Shown here one piece after another: positions 45,674 through 56,464 of a stretch of 64,000 nucleotides of DNA. The position numbers were made by a program, and so were the translations under genes. Location: contig JASGHG010000001.1 of NCBI GenBank assembly GCA_047602425.1, forward strand, positions 2,272,001 to 2,336,000, written 5' to 3'. Numbering within the stretch: the first letter of the stretch is position 1; each line of letters opens with the position of its first letter. This stretch comes from Nibricoccus sp. (GTDB taxonomy: Bacteria; Verrucomicrobiota; Verrucomicrobiia; Opitutales; Opitutaceae). The notes beneath the pieces are model-generated. The model was not told the DNA's origin and searched no databases. It saw only the letters and a program-made list of their open reading frames with translations.

Positions 45674-46699
45674 ATGAGCGAACAACGTCGCGTTACCCTC
45701 GCCGACATCGCCGCCAAAGCCGGCGTGCACGTCACCACGGTTTCACTCGCCATCCGCAACCATCCGCGCCTGCCGGAGGCGACGCGCCAGCGTATCCAGA
45801 AACTGGCGACAGAAATGGGCTATACGCCGGACCCGTTTTTGCGGGCCTTGGTCTCCTACCGCGGCCGGGTGATGGAGCGGCGCAACCCGCCAACTTTGGC
45901 CTACGTGTCGAACTGGAACACGCGTTGGGGATGGAAAAAGGTTACGGCGCATCCGCAGTTTTTTGCCGGCGCGGAAAACGCCGCGCGCCAGTTGGGGTTT
46001 AACCTGGAGCATTTCTGGATGCGCGAGCCGGGCCTTACGCACGGTCGGTTGAGCCGCATCCTGTACTCTCGCGGCATCACCGGACTGATTATTGCGTCGC
46101 ACGTGCGCGAGATCGACGAAGCGCTCCAGTTCGACTGGTCGCATTTTAGCGCGGTGAAAATCGATTACTTCCCGCACCAGCCGCGTCTCCACAACGTGAC
46201 CAACAACCAGCTGCAGATCGCGCGCCTGGCGGTGCAGCGGGTGCGCGAGGCCGGATACAGGCGGATCGGGTTGGTGATGGACGATGGTTGGGATATCACG
46301 GTGGATCACTTGTGGCGCGCGGGTTTTCTATGGGAACAACAGAAGCTGGCCGCCAGGGATCGCATCCCGCCCCACATGTTTCCTTGTACGGAATCGTTTG
46401 AAAAATGGTACGAGCGGCATCGTCCCGAGGTGATCATCAGCAAGTCCGACTTCGTTTTGCCGCGCCTGAAGGAGATGGGCTTGCGTGTGCCGAGGGATGT
46501 GAAGTTCGTGGATATTTTTCTGGAGGATTTCTCGGGCACTTGGGCCGGCGTGCGGCAAAATCACGAGACAGTGGGAGCGCTTGCGGTCGAATTGCTCGCC
46601 GGTCAACTCCAGCACAACAAGTTCGGCGTACCCGAAATCCCTACGACGACCTACGTGGAAGGCACGTGGTTCGATGGAGCGTCCTGCCCGATGCGTTGA
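45674..46699 (+). CDS. LacI-family transcriptional regulator
   Basis: VTLADIAAKAGVHVTTVS-A-RN HTH plus a periplasmic-binding-like domain; divergent from the transporter. Confidence 0.9.
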   Translation: MSEQRRVTLADIAAKAGVHVTTVSLAIRNHPRLPEATRQRIQKLATEMGYTPDPFLRALVSYRGRVMERRNPPTLAYVSNWNTRWGWKKVTAHPQFFAGAENAARQLGFNLEHFWMREPGLTHGRLSRILYSRGITGLIIASHVREIDEALQFDWSHFSAVKIDYFPHQPRLHNVTNNQLQIARLAVQRVREAGYRRIGLVMDDGWDITVDHLWRAGFLWEQQKLAARDRIPPHMFPCTESFEKWYERHRPEVIISKSDFVLPRLKEMGLRVPRDVKFVDIFLEDFSGTWAGVRQNHETVGALAVELLAGQLQHNKFGVPEIPTTTYVEGTWFDGASCPMR

Positions 46700-46994
46700 G
46701 GCGGGAAAATTCCGGGCCGAGGCTCATCTTTATTCTTAGGGAACGGTTTTCACTTAGCGCGGATTTTTCCAAAACTAAACAGGTCTCCGTTGCTTCGGTA
46801 CGGGAGAGTTATCGTTGCCTTTTCGGCGACTTCACAAAATCGCCTAAAGCGGCTGGCTGTACACCTCCATTCTCGCGGTCAGTGTGATCAGTTGAGACCG
46901 TCAATAAGCTGGAATGGGATGAAACTTTCTATTGATTGGAAAAAATCCGCTCCTATAAGTTGCGCCACTTTTCCCTATTCGTTCGCTTACTCGC

Positions 46995-47330
46995 ATGAAG
47001 ATCAAAGCCTATCTTAAGCCGTCCTGCGGCTGGTCCAATGGTGTTCGCGCCATCATGCGCAAATATTCCCTCGCGTACGAGGATATCGACATCATCAACA
47101 ACCGCGAGAATTACGCCGAGATGGTGCAAAAGTCCGGCCAGCCGCTTTCGCCTTGTGTCGAGGTGGATGGCGTGATGCTGGCGGATATCTCGGGTGAGGA
47201 AGTGGAGAATTATCTTTTATCCAACGACTTGGTAAAACCAAGTTCCGCTCCGGTCGACGCCGCGACCAACGCCGGCTGCTCGGACGACGAGCACGCAAAA
47301 ATGGCCACTAAAACGGTCCGTTTCTTTTAA
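46995..47330 (+). CDS. Monothiol glutaredoxin-like protein
   Basis: KPSCGWS active-site motif, KSGQ-LSP-VEVDG (cis-Pro region). Confidence 0.8.
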   Translation: MKIKAYLKPSCGWSNGVRAIMRKYSLAYEDIDIINNRENYAEMVQKSGQPLSPCVEVDGVMLADISGEEVENYLLSNDLVKPSSAPVDAATNAGCSDDEHAKMATKTVRFF

Positions 47331-47362
47331 CCGAGGCTGCTCGTCACAACGTCAAACCCACG

Positions 47363-47391
47363 AGCCGGCCTCAAAAAGGGCCGGCTTTTTT
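47363..47391 (+). terminator. Intrinsic terminator
   Basis: Stem AGCCGGCC/GGCCGGCT followed by a T run. Confidence 0.8.
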
Positions 47392-47549
47392 GCGTCCCGT
47401 TATTTCAACCTTCAACCCACCTTCTCTTACCCATCGCACGTGGTGCAACTAATAGCTCTTTTCACCCGGATTTTGTGTTTGCCCCGACGTTTTTCTCCCT
47501 TCGAAATTTTCCGCTTTACTCATTGACCCACCCTTCAACAACGCACGGT

Positions 47550-50500
47550 ATGGCCAGAATGCACAGTAGAAACGACAACACTCAGAGCACCCCAGCACGT
47601 CAGCACGGTCTGCCGAAAAAGCAGGGGCTCTACGATCCGTTCTTCGAACACGACGCTTGCGGCGTCGGCTTTGTGGTGGACATGAAGGGTCGCAAATCGC
47701 ACCAGATCGTCAAGCAGGCCGTCCAGATTTTGGAAAATCTCGATCACCGTGGCGCCGCTGGCAGCGAACCCAACACCGGTGACGGTGCTGGCGTGCTCAT
47801 GCAGATTCCGCACAGCTTTTTTGTCGAAGCTGCCAAGAAGGCCCGTTTCTCCCTTCCGGCCGCCGGCCAATACGGCGTGGGCATCGTTTTCCTCCCGAAG
47901 AACCAAACCAAGCGTCGTCGCCTCGAGGAGAAATTCCAGCAAATCGTCCAATCCGAAGGCCAGGCTTTTCTCGGTTGGCGCACGGTCCCGACCGACAATT
48001 CTTCCCTCGGTGAAACCGCCAAGTCCGCCGAGCCGTACATGCGCCAAGCGTTCATCGGCCGCGCTGCCGATTTGAAGGACGATCTCGCTTTCGAACGTAA
48101 GCTCTACGTCATTCGCAAGCGCGCTTACAACGAGATCCGTTGTTCCACGATGGATGGCGCCGAATACTGGTACCTGCCTAGCCTTTCCTGCCGAACCATC
48201 GTCTATAAGGGCATGCTGCTCACCACGCAGCTCGCGACGTACTTCCTCGACCTGCAAAATCCGTCGATGGAAACCGCCCTCGCGCTGGTCCACTCGCGTT
48301 TTTCGACGAACACCTTCCCCAGCTGGGATCGTTCGCACCCGTACCGCTACGTCGCCCACAACGGCGAAATCAACACCCTCCGCGGCAACATCAACTGGAT
48401 GCATGCTCGCGAAGCGCTTTTCGAATCCGAGCTCTTCGGCGACGACATCAAGAAGATCCTTCCGATCATTGACCCGAACGGTTCTGACTCGGCGATGTTC
48501 GATAACACTCTCGAGCTTCTCTATCTCGCTGGCCGCCCGATCGAGCACGCGGTGATGATGATGATCCCCGAGCCATGGTCCAACCACGAGAGCATGAGCC
48601 CGGAGCGCAAGGCCTTCTACCAATACCACTCCTGCTTGATGGAGCCATGGGATGGCCCAGCGTCGATCGCTTTCACCGACGGCAAGTCCATCGGTGCGAT
48701 CCTCGACCGCAACGGTCTGCGTCCCTCGCGTTTTTACGTTACCAAGGATGGCCTTGTCATCATGGCCTCCGAAGCCGGCGTGCTCGACATTCCTGCCGAC
48801 AAGATCGAGCGCAAGGGTCGTCTCCAACCCGGCCGCATCTTCGTCGTTAACACCGAAGAAGGCCGCATCGTTGAAGACGAGGAAATCAAATCCAAGCTCG
48901 CCGCGGAGCGTCCATACGGCGAATGGATCAAGGAGCACCTCATCCATCTCGAAGATCTGCCGTACGCTCCGGAAGTCCCGAAACCGGACCATGACACCTT
49001 GCTCCACCGCCAGGTTGCCTTTGGTTATACTTTCGAAGACCAACGCATCATCCTCACGCCGATGGCGAAGGACGGTGTCGAAGCCACCGGTGCGATGGGC
49101 AATGATGCCGCACTCGCCGTTCTCTCAAACAAGCCACGCCTGCTGTTTGATTATTTCAAACAACTATTTGCGCAAGTTACGAACCCGCCGATCGACTGTA
49201 TCCGCGAAGAAATTGTTACATCCGCCGAAACGCGTTTGGGATCCGAAGGCAACCTTTTGGCTGCACAACCGAGCGCCGCTCGCCGCGTCGAATTGAAGTG
49301 GCCGGTTTTGACGAACGAAGAGTTTGCCAAGATCCGCCGTCTCGACCGCCCGGGCTTCAAGGTCGGCGTGTTGCCGATCCTCTTCCGCGTGACTCGCGGT
49401 GAGAAGGGCCTCGCGAAGGCCTTCGAGGAACTTTGCCTCATGTCCCGCCGCATGATCGAGGAAGAGGAAGTCACCGTCCTCATCCTCAGCGACCGTGGCG
49501 TCACCAAGGAATTTGCGCCGATCCCGTCGTTGCTCGCCGTCGCCGGCCTGCACCACTACTTGATCCGCGAAGGTCTGCGCACCCGCATCAGCCTCGTGCT
49601 CGAAACCGGTGAAGCCCGCGAAGTACACCACTTCTCGCTGCTCATCGGTTACGGCTGCAGCGCGATCAACCCATACGTTGCCTTTGAGACGATTGACGGC
49701 ATGATTCAGGACGGCCTGTTGCCCGACATCGACCACAAGACAGCCTGCAAGAACTTCGTGAAGGCCGCCGCCAAGGGCGTCGTGAAGGTCATGTCCAAGA
49801 TGGGCATTTCCGCCATTCAAAGCTACCGCGGCGCGCAGGTCTTCGAAGCCGTTGGCCTGCGTCAGGACGTCATCGATCAATACTTCACCTGGACGCCTTC
49901 CCGCGTCGGTGGCATCGGCCTCGATGTTATCGCCCAGGAAGTGCTCGCCCGCCACCGCGCCGCCTTCCCGGATCGCTCGGTTAACGGCGTCGTTCTCCCC
50001 GCCGGCGGCCAGTACAAGTGGCGCGACGACGGCGAATATCACCTCTTCAATCCCGAGACCATCCACCACCTCCAAAAGGCGGTGCGCACAGGCAGCATGC
50101 CGGTCTTCAAGCAGTACTCGAAGCTCATCGACGACCAGTCGAAGAACCTTTGCACGCTGCGCGGCTTGCTCGATTTCAAGGCCTCCACCGCCATTCCGAT
50201 CGAGGAAGTAGAACCCGTCGAGGCGATCATGAAACGCTTCAAGACCGGCGCCATGTCCTACGGCTCGATCTCGAAGGAGGCTCACGAAACACTCGCCATC
50301 GCCATGAACCGCATCGGCGGCAAGTCGAATACCGGCGAAGGTGGCGAAGACCGCGAACGTTTCACTTGGACGAACGAACAAGGCGACTCGAAAAACTCCG
50401 CCATCAAGCAGGTCGCTTCCGGCCGTTTCGGCGTGACGAGCGAATACCTCGCCAATGCCCGCGAACTTCAGATCAAGATGGCGCAAGGCGCGAAGCCTGG

Positions 50501-52196
50501 CGAAGGCGGCCAGTTGCCCGGCACGAAGGTTTATCCGTGGGTCGCCAAGACCCGTGGTACGACTGCTGGCGTCGGCCTCATCTCACCTCCGCCGCACCAC
50601 GACATTTACTCGATCGAAGATCTCGCCGAGCTGATCCACGACTTGAAGAACGGCAACCGTTTCGCGCGCATCAGCGTGAAGCTCGTCGCCGAAGTCGGCG
50701 TCGGCACGATCGCCGCTGGCGTCGCCAAGGCCCATGCTGACGTCGTTCTCATCTCCGGCCACGACGGCGGCACGGGTGCCTCGCCGCAAACCTCGATCAA
50801 GCACGCCGGTTTGCCTTGGGAACTCGGTCTCGCCGAGACGCACCAGACGCTCGTGCTCAATAATCTCCGCAGCCGTATCGCCGTTGAAACCGACGGTCAG
50901 CTCAAGACCGGCCGCGACGTTGTCATCGCCGCGCTGCTCGGTGCCGAAGAGTTCGGTTTCGCGACCGCTCCGCTCGTCGCCACTGGCTGTATCATGATGC
51001 GCGTTTGCCATCTGAACACCTGCCCGGTCGGTGTCGCTACCCAGGACCCGCGTCTCCGCGAAAAATTCACCGGCAAGCCCGAGCACGTCGTCAACTTCAT
51101 GCGATTCATCGCAACGGAAGTTCGCGAGCACATGGCCCAGCTAGGCTTCCGCACCATCGCCGAGATGATCGGTCACACCGAGCGCCTCGAGCCGAAGAAG
51201 GCCGTCGATCACTGGAAGGCCAAAGGCGTCGACTTAACCAATATCTTGTACCAACCGGACGTTCCGGAATCCGTCGGCCGCTATTGCCAGATGGAGCAGG
51301 ACCACGGTCTCGACAAGTCGCTCGACCTCACGCAACTCCTCCCGATCTGCAAACCCGCGATCGAGAAGGGCGAAAAAGTTGTCGCGCAACTACCGATCCG
51401 CAACGTCAACCGCGTTGTCGGCACCATCACCGGCTACGAAGTCACCAAGAAGTACGGCCGCGAAGGTCTCCCTGAGGACACCATCCGCGTTCACTTCACC
51501 GGCTCCGCCGGCCAGAGCTTCGGCGCTTTCATGCCGAAGGGCATGAGCTTCACGCTCGAAGGTGACATCAACGACTATCTCGGCAAGGGCCTCTCCGGCG
51601 GAAAAATCGCCGTCTTCCCGCCCGCCGCTTCCACATTTGTCCCTGAGGACAACATGATCGTTGGCAACGTCGCCCTCTACGGTGCGACCGCGGGCGAAGT
51701 CTACATCCGCGGCCAGGCCGGCGAGCGCTTCGGCGTCCGCAACTCCGGCGTCAACGCCGTGGTTGAAGGCGTGGGCGATAACGGCTGCGAATACATGACC
51801 GGCGGACGCGTGATCGTTCTCGGCGTCGCAGGCCGCAACTTCGCCGCTGGCATGTCCGGTGGCGTCGCTTACGTCCTCGACGAAAAGGGTGATTTCCCAA
51901 CTCGCGTGAACAAGCAGATGGTCGGCATCGAGAAGCTCGAAGACGCGGCGGAAATTGCCGAGGTCCGCAAGCTCATCGAAAACCACCTCGCTGCGACAAA
52001 GAGCACGCGCGCCAAGGCCGTCCTCGACAACTGGGCCGCCAACGTGCCGAAGTTCGTCAAGATCCTCCCGCACGACTACAAGCGCATGCTCGCGGAAATC
52101 AAAAACGCCGAGGCCCAGGGCCTCACCGGCGAAGAAGCCATCATGGCTGCCTTCGAGAAAAATTCCCGCGACCTCTCCCGCGTAGGCGGCAACTAA
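47550..52196 (+). CDS. gltB: Glutamate synthase large subunit
   Basis: [66 protein letters not shown] and GXGXG repeats. Start is 47550 or 47559. Confidence 0.97.
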   Translation: MARMHSRNDNTQSTPARQHGLPKKQGLYDPFFEHDACGVGFVVDMKGRKSHQIVKQAVQILENLDHRGAAGSEPNTGDGAGVLMQIPHSFFVEAAKKARFSLPAAGQYGVGIVFLPKNQTKRRRLEEKFQQIVQSEGQAFLGWRTVPTDNSSLGETAKSAEPYMRQAFIGRAADLKDDLAFERKLYVIRKRAYNEIRCSTMDGAEYWYLPSLSCRTIVYKGMLLTTQLATYFLDLQNPSMETALALVHSRFSTNTFPSWDRSHPYRYVAHNGEINTLRGNINWMHAREALFESELFGDDIKKILPIIDPNGSDSAMFDNTLELLYLAGRPIEHAVMMMIPEPWSNHESMSPERKAFYQYHSCLMEPWDGPASIAFTDGKSIGAILDRNGLRPSRFYVTKDGLVIMASEAGVLDIPADKIERKGRLQPGRIFVVNTEEGRIVEDEEIKSKLAAERPYGEWIKEHLIHLEDLPYAPEVPKPDHDTLLHRQVAFGYTFEDQRIILTPMAKDGVEATGAMGNDAALAVLSNKPRLLFDYFKQLFAQVTNPPIDCIREEIVTSAETRLGSEGNLLAAQPSAARRVELKWPVLTNEEFAKIRRLDRPGFKVGVLPILFRVTRGEKGLAKAFEELCLMSRRMIEEEEVTVLILSDRGVTKEFAPIPSLLAVAGLHHYLIREGLRTRISLVLETGEAREVHHFSLLIGYGCSAINPYVAFETIDGMIQDGLLPDIDHKTACKNFVKAAAKGVVKVMSKMGISAIQSYRGAQVFEAVGLRQDVIDQYFTWTPSRVGGIGLDVIAQEVLARHRAAFPDRSVNGVVLPAGGQYKWRDDGEYHLFNPETIHHLQKAVRTGSMPVFKQYSKLIDDQSKNLCTLRGLLDFKASTAIPIEEVEPVEAIMKRFKTGAMSYGSISKEAHETLAIAMNRIGGKSNTGEGGEDRERFTWTNEQGDSKNSAIKQVASGRFGVTSEYLANARELQIKMAQGAKPGEGGQLPGTKVYPWVAKTRGTTAGVGLISPPPHHDIYSIEDLAELIHDLKNGNRFARISVKLVAEVGVGTIAAGVAKAHADVVLISGHDGGTGASPQTSIKHAGLPWELGLAETHQTLVLNNLRSRIAVETDGQLKTGRDVVIAALLGAEEFGFATAPLVATGCIMMRVCHLNTCPVGVATQDPRLREKFTGKPEHVVNFMRFIATEVREHMAQLGFRTIAEMIGHTERLEPKKAVDHWKAKGVDLTNILYQPDVPESVGRYCQMEQDHGLDKSLDLTQLLPICKPAIEKGEKVVAQLPIRNVNRVVGTITGYEVTKKYGREGLPEDTIRVHFTGSAGQSFGAFMPKGMSFTLEGDINDYLGKGLSGGKIAVFPPAASTFVPEDNMIVGNVALYGATAGEVYIRGQAGERFGVRNSGVNAVVEGVGDNGCEYMTGGRVIVLGVAGRNFAAGMSGGVAYVLDEKGDFPTRVNKQMVGIEKLEDAAEIAEVRKLIENHLAATKSTRAKAVLDNWAANVPKFVKILPHDYKRMLAEIKNAEAQGLTGEEAIMAAFEKNSRDLSRVGGN

Positions 52197-52215
52197 CACT
52201 TCACAGACCACTGCC

Positions 52216-53700
52216 ATGGGCAAACCAACTGGATTCATTGAGTACCTGCGCGAAATCCCTGTCGACCGTCCGGCGCTTGAACGCATACGCGACTGGAACG
52301 AGTTCCACCTCCACATGGAGGAGAAAAAACTGCGCAATCAGGGCGCGCGTTGCATGGATTGCGGCATTCCCTTCTGCCACACCGGCAAGCTCATCAGCGG
52401 CATGGCTGCGGGCTGCCCAATCCACAACCTGATCCCCGAGTGGAACGACCTCGTCTTCCGCGACCTCTGGCACGAAGCGCTCGACCGCCTGCACAAGACG
52501 AACAACTTCCCGGACTTCACCGGTCGCGTTTGCCCCGCTCCTTGCGAAGGCTCCTGTACGCTCGGCATCATCAATCCGCCCGTCACGATCAAGAACATCG
52601 AGTGCGCGATCATCGACAAGGGCTTCGATGAAGGCTGGGTCACGCCCGAGGCGCCGAAAGTTCGCACCGGCAAAAAGGTGGCAGTGATTGGTTCGGGTCC
52701 GGCCGGACTTGCCGCCGCCGCGCAACTCAACAAAGCCGGCCACACCGTCACCGTCTTTGAACGTGCCGACCGCCCAGGTGGCCTCCTCATGTACGGCATC
52801 CCGAACATGAAGCTCGACAAAAAAGAAGTCGTGCTCCGCCGCGTGAAGCTCCTCGAACAAGAAGGCGTAAAGTTCATCTGCAACGCCAACGTCGGCGAAA
52901 ACGTCGAACCGCAGATCTTTCTCAAGGAATTTGACGCCACCGTCATCTGCACCGGCGCGACCAAGGCTCGCGATCTTCCCATTGAAGGCCGCAACCTCAA
53001 GGGCATCCATCTCGCGATCGAATATCTCACCAGCACGACCAAGGCGGTTCTCGCTGGCAACCCTGCTTCCTCTGCCATCACCGCGAAGGACAAGCACGTC
53101 GTCGTCATCGGCGGTGGCGACACCGGCACCGATTGCGTGGGTTCCTCGATCCGTCTTGGCTGCAAGAGCGTCGTTCAAATCGAAATTCTCCCGAAGCCTC
53201 CGCTGGAACGCCAGCCCGACAATCCGTGGCCCGAATGGCCCAAGACCCTCAAGGTCGACTACGGTCAGGAAGAAGCCGCCGCCAAGCAGGGTGCCGATCC
53301 GCGCGTATACCTCACCACCGTGAAAAAATTCATCGGTGACGCCGAAGGCAAGGTGAAGGAACTCGTGACCGTCCAAATCAAATGGGACAAAAACGAGAAG
53401 GGCCAATTCGTCCCGGTCGAACAAGCCGGCACCGAAAAGACCATTCCCGCCGACCTCGTTCTCCTCGCCATGGGCTTCGTCGGACCCGAGCAGGCCATCC
53501 TTGACGAACTCAAGCTCGAACGTGACGCCCGAACCAACATCAAGGCGGAACACGAGAAATACACGACCAACATCAAAGGCATCTTCGCCGCGGGTGACTG
53601 CCGTCGTGGCCAGAGCCTTGTGGTTTGGGCGATCAACGAAGGCCGCGGCGCTGCTCGCGAAGCCGATCGTTACCTGATGGGCACGACCGATCTGCCATAA
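52216..53700 (+). CDS. gltD: Glutamate synthase small subunit
   Basis: [55 protein letters not shown]. Confidence 0.97.
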   Translation: MGKPTGFIEYLREIPVDRPALERIRDWNEFHLHMEEKKLRNQGARCMDCGIPFCHTGKLISGMAAGCPIHNLIPEWNDLVFRDLWHEALDRLHKTNNFPDFTGRVCPAPCEGSCTLGIINPPVTIKNIECAIIDKGFDEGWVTPEAPKVRTGKKVAVIGSGPAGLAAAAQLNKAGHTVTVFERADRPGGLLMYGIPNMKLDKKEVVLRRVKLLEQEGVKFICNANVGENVEPQIFLKEFDATVICTGATKARDLPIEGRNLKGIHLAIEYLTSTTKAVLAGNPASSAITAKDKHVVVIGGGDTGTDCVGSSIRLGCKSVVQIEILPKPPLERQPDNPWPEWPKTLKVDYGQEEAAAKQGADPRVYLTTVKKFIGDAEGKVKELVTVQIKWDKNEKGQFVPVEQAGTEKTIPADLVLLAMGFVGPEQAILDELKLERDARTNIKAEHEKYTTNIKGIFAAGDCRRGQSLVVWAINEGRGAAREADRYLMGTTDLP

Positions 53701-53739
53701 ACCATCGAAAAAAGAGACCTCCTCTCTGAGCAAAGTTTC

Positions 53740-53770
53740 AAAGCGCGACTCTTATGAGTCGCGCTTTTTT
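53740..53770. terminator. Intrinsic terminator after gltD
   Basis: Perfect 12-bp stem AAAGCGCGACTC/GAGTCGCGCTTT with a T run. Confidence 0.85.
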
Positions 53771-53887
53771 ATGTCTGGGCTGTGCTTCCCAATTGCTTGT
53801 GACAAACATAGCGGCACACCGCCCAATCAGGCCACCCACCTCTCTGCCGAGGAGCCGTCTGCACCGCCTAAACGTTGTTGTCGATCC

Positions 53888-54148
53888 TTACCGTGTCTTA
53901 CGCAGACGTTTTTTAGGAGGTGGGTTTTCTGCGACCAGCAGCGTCGCGTCAGTCGGTTCGTGTTGGTAGGTTTCCCGAACTTCGCGATAAATCACCCGAT
54001 GTTGGACAGTCTCTTCCAACACCTTTCTTACGTATGCGCCGAGTTTTTTCCCCGAGGCTCCCGCGAGGCGGCTGAGCTCAGCATGGAGTGAAGAAGGCAC
54101 GTTTACCGTGAGGTTCTTGGTGTCTGGTCCTATGGGATTGCTCGGCAT
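53888..54148 (-). CDS. Ribbon-helix-helix-like DNA-binding protein
   Basis: KNLTVNVPSSLHAELSRLAGASGKKLGAYVRKVLEE fits the RHH strand-helix-G-helix pattern; 86 aa from ATG 54148. Confidence 0.65.
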   Translation of the reverse strand: MPSNPIGPDTKNLTVNVPSSLHAELSRLAGASGKKLGAYVRKVLEETVQHRVIYREVRETYQHEPTDATLLVAENPPPKKRLRKTR

Positions 54149-54216
54149 GGTCACGCTTCGGCGAAAGCCTTGCAAAAGGCGTTGACAGTGCAAAACCTTA
54201 AATCTTACTAAGAAAT

Positions 54217-54414
54217 ATGGGAGCCCGATTGAGTGTGAAAATTTCTTCCTCTCTGGATCGCCAGCTTAAAGCCAGGGCTGCGGCTCGGACCATGTCCAAA
54301 TCCGATATGGTACGGGAAATTTTATGCAGACATGTTCTGGACACGAAGTTGGCCGCAACGCAGAAATCCCGGGTTAAGCAACACCAACTGAGAAATCGGA
54401 AGGTCAGCGCATGA
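54217..54414 (+). CDS. CopG-like ribbon-helix-helix protein
   Basis: RLSVKISSSLDRQLKARAAARTMSKSDMVREIL is a classic CopG/Arc pattern; ATGA overlap with the next gene. Confidence 0.7.
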   Translation: MGARLSVKISSSLDRQLKARAAARTMSKSDMVREILCRHVLDTKLAATQKSRVKQHQLRNRKVSA

Positions 54415-55022
54415 ACGAAACTTTAAACACCCCACGGGTGGCGCGTCGTGGCAAGCAATCGGTCGTTCGAGCGTTTCTGACTTTTTTGTGGCGCTCCACC
54501 GACCGAAAGCGCGCTGTCATCGCTCAGCTGGAAAAAGAAAATACTCTCTTGCGCGAAGAAATGGAACGTCAGGCTTGTGAGCTTGAGCGTTGTGATTCCA
54601 TGCGTCGGCGGAGCGAGCGCAGTTTGCATTTGTTGGCCAACCAGCTGATTGAGCTGGTATGGATTATGAGCCCGGCGGGACATACGGAATTTTTTAACCG
54701 TCGCTGGTATGTCTATACGGGATTGCAGGGGGCTGAGCCGGAGCAGGAAGGTTGGCGGACGATCCTGCACCCTGAAGATTTGCAGCGCTTTTTCGCTTCC
54801 GGAGCCATGGCCTATGCCGTTGGCTATCCCTATCGCGCGGAGTTTCGGTTGAAGATGGTCGACGCCACTGACTATCGGTGGTGTTCCGTTCATGTTTTTC
54901 CACAACGCGACCCTACCGGTAAGATTGAACGTTGGATCGGCGTGATGTTCACAGGAGACGAAGTTGTGGACGACGGCGCTCCCACTCGTCGCCATCCTGC
55001 CGGTCCGCGGAGATCGTCTTGA
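54411..55022 (+). CDS. Coiled-coil plus single PAS domain protein with no output domain
   Basis: VWI-SPAG-TEFFN-RW-YTG, W-TILHPEDL, AEFRL...DYRW, PQRD-TGKIERWIG (PAS/PAC). Confidence 0.78.
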   Translation: MNETLNTPRVARRGKQSVVRAFLTFLWRSTDRKRAVIAQLEKENTLLREEMERQACELERCDSMRRRSERSLHLLANQLIELVWIMSPAGHTEFFNRRWYVYTGLQGAEPEQEGWRTILHPEDLQRFFASGAMAYAVGYPYRAEFRLKMVDATDYRWCSVHVFPQRDPTGKIERWIGVMFTGDEVVDDGAPTRRHPAGPRRSS

Positions 55023-55135
55023 GTTCGCTCTCGAGATCCTAAGGTAGCAGGTCCTCGAAAAATCGGTTTTCATCGAGGAAATAGCTAGAAGCCGGCCGAC
55101 CGCTTTGTTGACGAAAAAATCTGCTTGCCGTATTA

Positions 55136-55160
55136 TCCGTACTAGTATTGCTAGTACGGA
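55136..55160. promoter_or_regulatory. Probable YtrA-type GntR operator
   Basis: Perfect palindrome TCCGTACTAG-TATTG-CTAGTACGGA directly abutting the GntR ATG. Confidence 0.75.
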
Positions 55161-55541
55161 ATGCTGCCGTTCACTATCGAGCTAAAACCGGGTTTGCCTG
55201 TTACGGAGCAGGTGGTTTTTGCGACAAAGAAGGCCGTGGTGGTGGGGCAACTGAAAGTCGGAACGATGTTCCCTTCGGTTCGCGTGCTCAGCCAGGAACT
55301 GAAGATTAACCCGAACACCGCGCACAAAATCGTGGCCACACTGGTGGCGGAAGGCGTGTTGGTGACGACGCCCGGCGTCGGCAGCGTGGTAGCCGAACCG
55401 CTGGCAGGAGACAAGCGGGAACGCGCGGAATTGCTCGGCGCCGATTTGGAACGACTCGTAGTCGAAGCGAAGAAACTCGGGCTGACGCTCGAAGAGTTGC
55501 AGACAGGCCTGGGCAAACACTGGAAAAAACTCGGAGGTTGA
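55161..55541 (+). CDS. GntR-family regulator, YtrA subfamily
   Basis: FPSVR-LSQEL-INPNT-HK wHTH, short C-terminus, upstream of an ABC ATPase. Confidence 0.9.
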   Translation: MLPFTIELKPGLPVTEQVVFATKKAVVVGQLKVGTMFPSVRVLSQELKINPNTAHKIVATLVAEGVLVTTPGVGSVVAEPLAGDKRERAELLGADLERLVVEAKKLGLTLEELQTGLGKHWKKLGG

Positions 55542-55545
55542 TTTT

Positions 55546-56464
55546 ATGAACGCGATCGAAACTCAGAACTTGGTGCGAAGGTACGGCAAAACGGACGCGG
55601 TGCATGATCTCACGATTTCCGTGCCGACGGGCAGCGTGTATGCGCTGCTCGGGCCCAACGGCGCGGGCAAAACGACCACGATCAAGGTGCTCATGAACTT
55701 GCTCATACCGACAGCGGGCGGGGCGCGGGTGCTCGGTGTCGATTCGCGAAAACTCGGCGTGAACGAGCGCCGGCAGATTGGCTATGTTTCCGAAAACCAG
55801 CAACTGCCTCTGTGGATGACGGTGCGGCAGTTCCTCGATTATTGCCGTCCGTGGTATCCGGCGTGGGATCGTGATTTGGAAAAGAATTTACTCGGGCGCT
55901 TTGAACTGCCGGAGGAGCGAAAACTGAAACATCTTTCGCGCGGCATGCTGATGAAGGCGGCACTGCTGTCGTCGCTCGCATATCGGCCGAAGTTGCTCGT
56001 GTTGGACGAGCCGTTCAGCGGGCTCGATCCTCTTGTGCGCGACGAGTTCATCCAGGGCGTGCTGGAGGTCTCCGAGATTGGCGACTGGACCGTTTTCATA
56101 TCTTCGCACGACATCCACGAAGTCGAAATGCTTTGCGATTGGGTGGGAATCTTGAACGCGGGGCAGCTTCAGCTCTCTGAGCCAGTCGAGGCATTGCAGG
56201 CGCGTTTCCGTCGGATCGAAGTCGTGTTGAATGACCCGGTCCCGCCGGTGGTTTCTTTGCCCGCTCATTGGTTGTGTTACGAGCAGGTCCGGATCGATCG
56301 TCCGCTTCTTCGAGAAAAATTTCGAAACAGGGAAAACCGAGGCAATGTACCGCGAACATTTTTCCTCGGCTGCCGTGACGGCTTATCCGATGAGCCTGCG
56401 GGAGATTTTCGTCGCACTGATGCGCGCTCAGCGTTCTCAGAACAAGGAAGGAGTCCTCGCATGA
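55546..56464 (+). CDS. ABC transporter ATP-binding protein, frameshifted near 56287
   Basis: Walker A GPNGAGKTT, LSRGM, LLVLDEP, SSHD. The natural-looking C-terminus (PMSLREIFVAL...TGA at 56462-56464) lies in the +1 frame. Confidence 0.8.

Noticed and set aside
47436..47448. GCACGTGGTGCA upstream of gltB as an NtrC-type site
   Set aside because: Only one TGGTGCA half-site, wrong spacing, and no supporting sigma-54 motif nearby.
47535..53733. Long antisense ORFs over gltB/gltD (502, 440, 315 and 510 aa)
   Set aside because: Shadow frames produced by strong codon bias of conserved genes; no recognisable motifs.
53888..55022. Toxin-antitoxin or prophage-remnant interpretation of the RHH genes
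   Set aside because: The partner ORF is a PAS protein, not a PIN/RelE/GNAT toxin, and no integrase, att site or phage gene is visible.
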